Below, piece by piece: positions 56,229-64,000 of a stretch of 64,000 nucleotides of DNA. The notes beneath the pieces are model-generated. The model had not been told where the DNA came from and made no database searches. It saw only the letters and a list, made by a program, of their open reading frames with translations. This stretch comes from a virus (taxonomy: Duplodnaviria; Caudoviricetes): the IMG/VR virus record IMGVR_UViG_3300016744_000001; one strand, written 5' to 3'. Each line of letters begins with the position of its first letter. Position 1 is the stretch's first letter. A program made the translations under genes and the position numbers.

Positions 56229-56906
56229 ATGGAAGTCATCGACCAGATCTTGGATTCTCCACTGAAGAAATTTGATTCGTACTACGTACCGATCTTAACA
56301 CAAATACGAGATTGCATCCTTGCAAACTCCACAAAACGGGCATCTCGGGATGCTGAATTTGAGACGTTGAGGAAAGCAGTGTCAATACTGCAATTGGTTC
56401 CAGCCGAGGTCATGAAGCATTGCGAATTCGTGAGGACATCAAAGAACCTGCGAATGACCATTGCTCACTCTCGAAATTTTAAAGAACATGACTCACACAC
56501 AGCAACTCCACCAACTCCAGAAGAAATCAGAGTTATTGAAGATACCATGCGGTTGATTTTCAAACTCTTCCGGACAAAGAAAGTTGATAATGTTCAACTC
56601 GAACACCCAGTGACAACATTCAGTCACAATGGTCAAGCGGTCAGAATACCGCAAGATGATTTCATCATCTACACAATCACGTTTCATGGTGGGTCAAGTC
56701 TGGTGATTAACCTTTCACCACAGCAAATACACATCAACTTTTACAACACGCTGGGTCCGATAAAAATATCCCAAGAAGTAGTGTTGTTTGATATCTTTCT
56801 GGAGCAAAACATCCTGATCTCGATCATACGACTCATGATCAATTGTTGTTTCTTTGCCGGATTTGATGATAACCCCATCATAAATCCATCTGAAAATGGA
56901 GAATGA
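56229..56906 (+). CDS. Hypothetical protein (first of five similar-sized ORFs)
   Basis: GAGGG RBS; 225 aa. Confidence 0.7.
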   Translation: MEVIDQILDSPLKKFDSYYVPILTQIRDCILANSTKRASRDAEFETLRKAVSILQLVPAEVMKHCEFVRTSKNLRMTIAHSRNFKEHDSHTATPPTPEEIRVIEDTMRLIFKLFRTKKVDNVQLEHPVTTFSHNGQAVRIPQDDFIIYTITFHGGSSLVINLSPQQIHINFYNTLGPIKISQEVVLFDIFLEQNILISIIRLMINCCFFAGFDDNPIINPSENGE

Positions 56907-56909
56907 TCA

Positions 56910-57533
56910 ATGAACCCACAGATTCAGAAGTTGCTGCATACTCAGTTTCAAGATCTGATCTTGTCTGATCTTCAGCACAACACATTTGCTGAAAAATCCC
57001 CAATAAGCCTTAACACGATGCTTGAGATGGTCAACTTCATTGATGCCACAATCGCAGTTGAAGTCCCACTGGAGCAAATCTTTGACTTGGCCGACAACGG
57101 TCTCACCAATGAAGACTTCAGTGAAAACTACACGCATCTGTGGTTGCAGCTTAACGAAGAACTTCGGGATGGTGGGCTCTCTGGATTTAATCCAGAACCA
57201 GTTAGTCGGGAACACACTCCTGCTGGTAAACTTGACCTAGCCGGCGGTGAGTTCAAGGTCCTACCTGATGGGGTTACGGCTTTTTTCCTACTTCGTAACC
57301 CCACAACCAATGACCATTACAAGTTCACGCATCGAACCTTCCAGATGTACGAAGGTAGTCAATTTGGTCAAATGACTAAATACGTTGGGACAACGAATCC
57401 CATGATCAACCTGTTTATTCAGTACTACTTCTGGAAAAGCTTAGCCGTATCTTGCCATCCTAATTTTAGTGAAAAAGGCAAGGACCATTATCGAAACCTC
57501 AAGCAGATGCTTATACTTCAGCATCTACTCTAA
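56910..57533 (+). CDS. Hypothetical protein
   Basis: 207 aa, tightly packed. Confidence 0.7.
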   Translation: MNPQIQKLLHTQFQDLILSDLQHNTFAEKSPISLNTMLEMVNFIDATIAVEVPLEQIFDLADNGLTNEDFSENYTHLWLQLNEELRDGGLSGFNPEPVSREHTPAGKLDLAGGEFKVLPDGVTAFFLLRNPTTNDHYKFTHRTFQMYEGSQFGQMTKYVGTTNPMINLFIQYYFWKSLAVSCHPNFSEKGKDHYRNLKQMLILQHLL

Positions 57534-57547
57534 TATACAAGGAGGTA

Positions 57548-58189
57548 GTGATGGCATGGACCATGACGGGGGGCCTGAAAGGACTGCCAATGGAATACAT
57601 CAGCAACCGGTATCCAATGTTTACTGCCGAATACAAACCCATACTTCCGACATGCCGTGTGCTCAAGCCAATTTTACAACAGATCACCGATCTGTTGATT
57701 GCTGACTATGATCAACCTGAAGAAGCAAGGCAACAAGAATGGGAGACCCTTTGTATTGGGATTGCTCATGCTGAAATGACCAAGTCTGAAGTTGCAAACC
57801 ATTTTAAGATTGTGGCAAGCTTAGTGCAGACTTACGGTGTGATGAAAGGTCGTGTCTCACTGGCGATTAAACTTGAAACTAGAAAAGAGCCGCAACCAAA
57901 ACCAATTGATCAAACTGTCTTTGGTGAAGCGATGTCATTTTGGGCAGGACACCCAGACGATGATGGTTTGCGAACAGTGGCAAAAAACCAAGAGGTTGAT
58001 ATTTTTCGGTACGATCATCCGAGTAAGGGCTTTCTATCAACCAACCGAGACAGTTTGATAATCATTTCATCAACGTCAGATAAACAAGTATCGATTTACG
58101 CTGACGGTGGTGTGGCAAGCTATTTTACGGTGCGCTGTACGTATTGGTTTTGTGCTTGGGTGGATAAGCAGAATACTCAAACTTCATAG
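57548..58189 (+). CDS. Hypothetical protein
   Basis: AAGGAGG RBS; 213 aa. Confidence 0.7.
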   Translation: MMAWTMTGGLKGLPMEYISNRYPMFTAEYKPILPTCRVLKPILQQITDLLIADYDQPEEARQQEWETLCIGIAHAEMTKSEVANHFKIVASLVQTYGVMKGRVSLAIKLETRKEPQPKPIDQTVFGEAMSFWAGHPDDDGLRTVAKNQEVDIFRYDHPSKGFLSTNRDSLIIISSTSDKQVSIYADGGVASYFTVRCTYWFCAWVDKQNTQTS

Positions 58190-58197
58190 GAGAAAGC

Positions 58198-58830
58198 ATG
58201 GTCACTGATCAGCTTAAAGATCCGGAAGCTGCCAAACTGTTGAGCAAACAGTTCTTGGATTTGTTCATTGCTTGGATTGATGGTGGTTGGGATGAGAATG
58301 AGACAGCTGTGAAAGCGGAACTCACCACTTTAGTGGAAGCTTTCACCGTCTTAGACTACCATCTGGCAGATATCCTTACCGTCTTTTACCGGCAAGTGAT
58401 TAGCCAGGATATTCCGAAATTCCTGGTTGCTTGGAATTTCTACAGCACCCAAAAATGTGAGCTTAAAGCGACAGAAGAACCGCTGCACGCAGTCATGCAG
58501 TTTAGGGAAAGGTTCTGCCCTTGTCTTAACTGGACGAACCTGAAGGTCATGCGTGAAATTGAGTTTGTGGTCAATTCTCCGAAGGAGGATTCATCAATAA
58601 TTACAAATGTTGGTCTTAAGCTCAACCTTGACAACGCAATCTTCTCAATACTTAAAGACGAAATGGCAGTTAAGACACCAGAAGACATAGACTTCACAAT
58701 CATCCCGATCCAGGAAGATAATGGGTTTATCGTCAAGTTCTTCCACGCCGCGCACTACTTACTGCTGCTTACAATTGTTGAAGTCTGCAATCCAAAAGAA
58801 TCACCACTTCAACTGCAGTACCAGAAGTAG
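58198..58830 (+). CDS. Hypothetical protein
   Basis: AGGAG RBS; 210 aa. Confidence 0.7.
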   Translation: MVTDQLKDPEAAKLLSKQFLDLFIAWIDGGWDENETAVKAELTTLVEAFTVLDYHLADILTVFYRQVISQDIPKFLVAWNFYSTQKCELKATEEPLHAVMQFRERFCPCLNWTNLKVMREIEFVVNSPKEDSSIITNVGLKLNLDNAIFSILKDEMAVKTPEDIDFTIIPIQEDNGFIVKFFHAAHYLLLLTIVEVCNPKESPLQLQYQK

Positions 58831-58832
58831 TC

Positions 58833-59489
58833 ATGACTGGTCAAATGTTGGATCTTTTGCGGTTACACGCAAGAGACGCGTTTGAAGTTTATGTCCACTG
58901 GTCAACTCGACCAGAAAAGATTGGTATCGACAAGCTTGAATACCAAGTGGCGCACAACCTCAACACGTTTCTTCTTGCTGTGGAAACTCTTGAACTAACT
59001 CAACCGCAAATCCTTGATCTATCTGGAATCTACCTCAACGTTAAGTGGGTTCCGGACTTCGGTGAGATCTGGAACAAAGTCACCACTGAAAATGGATTCT
59101 GTTTTGGATCACTTGATTTCCCAGCTGAGGAATACCGTCGTTTCAACAGCAGACTTAAGCGGTACAACACTCAAACTGATTACATCTTTGATCAGAGCAG
59201 TTCAATCAATTTGATCAAACCTTGGAGTGGTGTGATTCCAAGTTTGTTGCTTACTGCAAAAGGCATTCCCCTGCAAATCAAGATTGACTTTAAACGCATC
59301 ACGATTAACCCGGGAAAGAATTCTTTTGTAGTTGAACCGGAATACACAACACACTTTGGACATGTTGTTAACATGTTCCGTCATCTCGTCACAGCACAGC
59401 TTCTCACGAAACTGATCTGGCCTGATGATATACTTCAAGAGCACGAAGCGATCGTTCGTTCATGTCCGTACGAAATACAAAGCGATTGA
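58833..59489 (+). CDS. Hypothetical protein
   Basis: 218 aa, tightly packed. Confidence 0.7.
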   Translation: MTGQMLDLLRLHARDAFEVYVHWSTRPEKIGIDKLEYQVAHNLNTFLLAVETLELTQPQILDLSGIYLNVKWVPDFGEIWNKVTTENGFCFGSLDFPAEEYRRFNSRLKRYNTQTDYIFDQSSSINLIKPWSGVIPSLLLTAKGIPLQIKIDFKRITINPGKNSFVVEPEYTTHFGHVVNMFRHLVTAQLLTKLIWPDDILQEHEAIVRSCPYEIQSD

Positions 59490-59520
59490 AGTCTAGGCAG
59501 GGGATTCCCCTGCCTAGACT
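59490..59520. terminator. Hairpin between convergent genes
   Basis: AGTCTAGGCAGGGG / CCCCTGCCTAGACT. Confidence 0.7.
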
Positions 59521-59522
59521 AA

Positions 59523-61178
59523 TTATGTCATTCGTTTTCTTTTTTCATAAATCTCACGAACATGCTTTTCCATCTGCTCGTAGTTCTTCAGCCCAAAGTA
59601 CGTACTACCAATCCAAACTGCATTTTCTTTTGGATCAGATAACGCACTACACAAAGGTTCAACTACACTAGTTGGCATCCCAATAACGGAGACCAACGTT
59701 GACAGTTTGTTTTCCTTTGCAATCCCTGCTGCAATCTTCCATGACGGATACAGCGCACTGTAGTCATCGTCAGCGCAATACAACAAGACTGATGTGATCT
59801 TCCCGATTCGTTCTTTGACGCAAGGAATGCCCATTTCTATCACATTTCGAGCATCAAGAACAGCACCACCGATCTTTGACAGTAGATGATCATACGGACT
59901 GACCATCACCTTGCCAGTGGTAGCAAACACACGTCCTTGCATTAACAAGTCGTGATGATAGTCATTACCGAGCATGACTGTCTGCTTACTAAAGTCCATC
60001 AAAGTGGAATGTTCAGTCAGCATGTACAAGCTATTGTAATCCTGCGATGCCCAAGTGCCAATCTGGACGAGCATGCCGTCAAAGATATTGTACACCCAGT
60101 ATTCCAGAAAGTGATCTTTCTGCATCTCGTAATGACCTCGATCTCCAAGGTCAATCTTTGTTGCTTTGATCAACTTGGTCATGATGTCACCAAGTTTATA
60201 ACTGGATTCTTTAGGCTTCTGCTTTCTTACCTGACCATACAAGGCCATGGCGTCAAGCCACTGCGTCTTGGATGTACAGTGGAGCCAGTTCCACTTCTCA
60301 ACGATGTGCGAAACCTCACGACGATCATCGTAGTACCGTAAGAACCTTTGGCCTTTGGGAATGTCTCTCGAACAAAAGAAGTCTTGTGGATTCAAGCCAT
60401 TGGCTTGGATTCGACTGATCATCTGCGGAACGTCATAACCAAGGTTCCAGATGAACATGTAGTCAGGTTCATCACGATGGATATTGTCGAAGATCCACTT
60501 GTACATGTCCATTTCATCGTCAAAGACTTCAGCGATGATCTCAAACCCATGCTTGGCGAGGTGTGGACCAATCATCTTTTCTGCAAGTGGAAGCATCTCT
60601 TCCTTTGTAGCCTTCACTCGCTTTCCACCAACATTCTTCCACATGAACTCACCAAGAGCGGCTGTGTAGACTTTCTTGTCACAGATCACCGTGATCAAGT
60701 TCGTTCGGTGGTCATCGTGGATCACGGATGATTCAATATCGAGAGAACCAATCGTGATCGGACAGACATCATGCACCATCTTCGATTCGTACTTATAACG
60801 AACCAAAGCTTCCATGCTGATGTCAGTGCCGTAAATATACGGAGAGTTGCACAGCTCTCTCAAAAACACTCGCTGGTTTCGGTGCATCCCCAATTGTTCT
60901 CGCAACAACTCTGGGAGAAAACGATCTTCCACTTGGAAGACGTCACAATGAGAAACCAGCTCTGATTCTTTCTTGTATCTGTGAGTACGGTATTCTGGTT
61001 TTGTAATCCAGACCCGTCTTGACGGATTGATAAATGGCCGAAGCACTGTCTTGGTTGACAATACCTTCTTGGTCTCTTCATCGATCGTTACATGTTTTTC
61101 TTTAACTGTCAGGATGGCTGCTTCATCTGTTTTGTTGTAACAGCTGTGCATCCACTGAACACTTGTAAGTTCGCCCAT
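59523..61178 (-). CDS. Family B DNA polymerase, exonuclease-containing subunit of the phiKZ-type split polymerase
   Basis: Exo I SLDIES, Exo II WNLGYD, Exo III YNIFD, polymerase motif A DDYSALYPS; motifs B/C absent. Confidence 0.85.
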   Translation of the reverse strand: MGELTSVQWMHSCYNKTDEAAILTVKEKHVTIDEETKKVLSTKTVLRPFINPSRRVWITKPEYRTHRYKKESELVSHCDVFQVEDRFLPELLREQLGMHRNQRVFLRELCNSPYIYGTDISMEALVRYKYESKMVHDVCPITIGSLDIESSVIHDDHRTNLITVICDKKVYTAALGEFMWKNVGGKRVKATKEEMLPLAEKMIGPHLAKHGFEIIAEVFDDEMDMYKWIFDNIHRDEPDYMFIWNLGYDVPQMISRIQANGLNPQDFFCSRDIPKGQRFLRYYDDRREVSHIVEKWNWLHCTSKTQWLDAMALYGQVRKQKPKESSYKLGDIMTKLIKATKIDLGDRGHYEMQKDHFLEYWVYNIFDGMLVQIGTWASQDYNSLYMLTEHSTLMDFSKQTVMLGNDYHHDLLMQGRVFATTGKVMVSPYDHLLSKIGGAVLDARNVIEMGIPCVKERIGKITSVLLYCADDDYSALYPSWKIAAGIAKENKLSTLVSVIGMPTSVVEPLCSALSDPKENAVWIGSTYFGLKNYEQMEKHVREIYEKRKRMT

Positions 61179-61315
61179 GTGTTACCTCTCAGTGGGGTTT
61201 ACACTTTATATCAGACATGGTTCAAAAGTAATGTCAATGATGGTGTTTGACGGATATATAACTACTTTGATAATTGCAAGTTATTACCTAAACAATATAA
61301 CTCAGCGGGCAATTT

Positions 61316-61789
61316 ATGAACATCTTACACGACCTTATGGTGAGGTTTGGGGAAATTCACCACTTCTGTTTTGTAGCACCAGACGATGCCATCTTTCGGG
61401 TACGGAACGCCATCTCTGAATGGCTTGATCGCATCGGTGTGACGATCGAACTTGATCGTGGCTCCAGTCATGTCTGGCGGCTCACTAACAAAAGTGATGC
61501 CCCTTATGGTAAAGACGGAAACCTTAAACGCTCACCTGATGGGAGCACTGTGTATCTTACTGACGGGTACACTTTGATGTCATTCACCAGAAACGGTGAG
61601 AACATCCTCATCAAACTACTGTTCATTCATCAGAAGGGAAATGCACAGTGCTACTTCAACAAAGGATCAATTGCTCTTGGCCGAGTAATCGGTCAAGGGT
61701 TTGAGCCAATCATCGTGTCATCAGAATCAGCGTCAAACACTGAACAGCAGTACTATAAGGCTTGCCCTTTCAGCACTGCTAAGATCTAA
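61316..61789 (+). CDS. Hypothetical protein
   Basis: TATATAAC promoter-like motif at 61255; 157 aa. Confidence 0.65.
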   Translation: MNILHDLMVRFGEIHHFCFVAPDDAIFRVRNAISEWLDRIGVTIELDRGSSHVWRLTNKSDAPYGKDGNLKRSPDGSTVYLTDGYTLMSFTRNGENILIKLLFIHQKGNAQCYFNKGSIALGRVIGQGFEPIIVSSESASNTEQQYYKACPFSTAKI

Positions 61790-61824
61790 GTTTATAAACC
61801 AAACAAACTCCGAAGGAGTCCATC

Positions 61825-62256
61825 ATGCTTCCTACCATCACCCCCAGCAATTTTGTCAACATTCTCATGTACCTTCCTCACAGCGACCCCGACGCTAACA
61901 CCTCGGAAAACATCCAGACGAAAGATCTTATCACCAGTGCAATCGAACGCAACCTTCGGGTGGGCCACTTCGATCCGGCGGTTGACGGTGGTTTGTATCT
62001 GACCCAGGTGCGTCTGACCGACAGCACCAGCGCCTTCGTAGCAGTCAAGGATGAAGCTGGTAATCTGATCCTGCGGACGATCGTTCGCCGGTCAGGTGAA
62101 ACCTGCCAGCTTGGTGAAATCTGCAGACCGTTCGTCGACATCAACACTCCGGAAAACGTTGTGTTTGCTGATCCCAGCATCTGGCCGGCAACAAGTCAGC
62201 TGAATCCGATCTTTGTGGATGCTGACGTTCTGGAAAAACTGAACAAAGTTTTGTAA
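61825..62256 (+). CDS. Hypothetical protein
   Basis: AAGGAG RBS; 143 aa. Confidence 0.7.
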   Translation: MLPTITPSNFVNILMYLPHSDPDANTSENIQTKDLITSAIERNLRVGHFDPAVDGGLYLTQVRLTDSTSAFVAVKDEAGNLILRTIVRRSGETCQLGEICRPFVDINTPENVVFADPSIWPATSQLNPIFVDADVLEKLNKVL

Positions 62257-62263
62257 CTACCAC

Positions 62264-62300
62264 TCCACTGACCCTCTCCTTTTGGGAGAGGGTCAGTGGA
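62264..62300. terminator. Hairpin between convergent genes
   Basis: TCCACTGACCCTCTCC / GGAGAGGGTCAGTGGA. Confidence 0.7.
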
Positions 62301-62334
62301 TTCATCTTGCGATGATTTTTTTTTCAGTCAGTTG

Positions 62335-64000
62335 TTACTGACCGATTTTCCCGATGCCGGTCCAGTACTTGTCCCGGTTCAGGATGTTGATGATGCAACC
62401 CATACCGTTGAGGGCGATCGGGTATTCACGGGTGTTCTGCATGGACCGGCGGTAGGTGGCGTTGGCGCCATCGGTCGGGGTCCAGTTCACACTGTACTGA
62501 CCACCGTCGTAGTTGACCGCAAAGTTCAGGTCGCTCTGCGGCTGGTTCGGACGGTAGGGGATCAGGATCATGGTGTCTTCCATGTAGTGGAAGGCGGTGG
62601 TCACGAATTCGATGATCGTGCCGTTGGGCAGGACTGTCTTGAATTCGGTGGGCTTGCCAGGAACCTTGACTTCGAATACCTGTTCGCCGTTCTTGCCGGA
62701 GGGCATCTGGTTTTCATGGATGGAAGCCAGCGACCAGAGGCAGTCGATGATCGGCGTGGTGGTGATGCACTTGTACACCGGGGCAGAATCTTCCAGCTGC
62801 TGCAGGAGCAGTGAACGGTAATGCATTTCGGTGGTGATGGTGTTCATGCAAGCGCGCATGTAGGTCCAGAGGTCGGACAGCACGTCTGAGGTGCGGAAGT
62901 TCACGACGTTCTGGAAGTCGATGGTCTTGATCATGACCGTGGGGTTGACGCGGCAGCCGGACACGAAGGACTTGGCAACAGTCATGTTGTCGTAGTTCTC
63001 GATGTAGCGGGAGTCGGACATTTCGTTCTTCACGCGGTCGGCAGTGGCCTTCAGCGTCTTCATGATCAGCTGAAGGTTACGATGGTCGATACCGATCGTC
63101 TGCACTTCAGCAGCCACGTCCAGAGCGTGCTCGGGCAGAGTCTGGTTGTGGGCATGGTCGACCACGATTGTGCGGCCGTCAGGCAGCGAGTAGGTCAGTA
63201 CGTCGGTCATCGAACGCACGGCCATGTTGGTCTTGCGGAAGTTTTCTTCCGAGTAGAAGGCGTCGATTTCCCAGCCGATGACTTCGCAGGTGATGTCCTT
63301 CACCAGGTCCTTCAGGTCCTGAGAAGCATCGGTGCCAGCGATGGAAACCACAGGGCGGAATTCCACGTTACCAGCGCCATACACGCGAGCAGACTGCAGG
63401 TTGGCACGGCCGTTGAAGTTCAGTGAGCCGATGATGTATTCGAGCGAACGGTTCTGGCTGGCGAAGATGACAGTGCGTTTGTCTTCAGCCGTCATCAGGT
63501 CCTTGTCGAACGCGATCTTGGTGAGGAACATGACGCCACGGTCAGCCACGTTGTCCTGGGTGTTGTTCAGGTGAGTGAACGTACCCATGTTGGCATACGG
63601 GGTCAGATTGACCATGAACTGTTCGGTGATACCACCGGCGTTCGGGTCGCCCTTGGTAACCTTCAGGTGCACAGCGCGGAGCTGGATGCGGGCGGAGAGC
63701 AGGTCGGTGTAGTTCAGTTGGTCATAGCCGACTTTGCCTTCGACCATGGACAGGTCCCACAGGGGGATTTCCACATTGGGCTTCAGGATGTTGTTGGCGA
63801 CCAAGTACTTGTGTTCAGTGTCAGCGGCAAGCAGCGGCACCACGGGGATCAGTTCCATGTCCACAGGTTCGGGGTGACGCAGAAGCGTGATCATCTGGTT
63901 GCGGTGAGCCCAGCTCTGGCGTTCAGCCGTGGACTTGTTCTGGGATTTGGCCAGATCGTAGAATTCGTCGTTCGGACGCACGAACTGCACCACACCGGTG
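62335..64000 (-). CDS. Probable major capsid protein, phiKZ gp120-like (5' end beyond window)
   Basis: >552 aa, open to the edge, strongest codon bias in the window; IGWEIDAFYSEENFR and DLNF...REYPI..GCIINI segments recall phiKZ-family capsid proteins. Confidence 0.7.
   Translation of the reverse strand, partial: TGVVQFVRPNDEFYDLAKSQNKSTAERQSWAHRNQMITLLRHPEPVDMELIPVVPLLAADTEHKYLVANNILKPNVEIPLWDLSMVEGKVGYDQLNYTDLLSARIQLRAVHLKVTKGDPNAGGITEQFMVNLTPYANMGTFTHLNNTQDNVADRGVMFLTKIAFDKDLMTAEDKRTVIFASQNRSLEYIIGSLNFNGRANLQSARVYGAGNVEFRPVVSIAGTDASQDLKDLVKDITCEVIGWEIDAFYSEENFRKTNMAVRSMTDVLTYSLPDGRTIVVDHAHNQTLPEHALDVAAEVQTIGIDHRNLQLIMKTLKATADRVKNEMSDSRYIENYDNMTVAKSFVSGCRVNPTVMIKTIDFQNVVNFRTSDVLSDLWTYMRACMNTITTEMHYRSLLLQQLEDSAPVYKCITTTPIIDCLWSLASIHENQMPSGKNGEQVFEVKVPGKPTEFKTVLPNGTIIEFVTTAFHYMEDTMILIPYRPNQPQSDLNFAVNYDGGQYSVNWTPTDGANATYRRSMQNTREYPIALNGMGCIINILNRDKYWTGIGKIGQ

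Noticed and set aside
1-64000. Alternative genetic code, introns or inteins in terminase/polymerase
   Set aside because: Genes are full length in the standard code and use all three stops; no intein or homing endonuclease motifs noticed.

Overview
64 kb fragment of a phiKZ-like jumbo myophage genome (standard genetic code; no rRNA, tRNA or CRISPR array seen). Core phiKZ-type genes are recognisable: head maturation protease, large terminase, SbcC-like ATPase, RuvC-like resolvase, a split family-B DNA polymerase subunit, a probable major capsid protein running off the right edge, and repeated TATATTAC-type early promoters. Accessory content includes a GH108 endolysin plus holin, a NAMPT + NMNAT-Nudix NAD salvage operon, a macrodomain, an AbgT transporter + M20 carboxypeptidase pair, and a ClpP-like active/inactive pair. 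The most striking region is about 40.9-52.2 kb. It holds two parallel cassettes, each with tail-fibre-like gene(s), small Cys-rich proteins, a shared accessory protein and a tandem pair of radical SAM/SPASM enzymes. This looks like a RiPP-style maturation system acting on virion fibre components. All family calls come from motifs read by eye; no database search was run.
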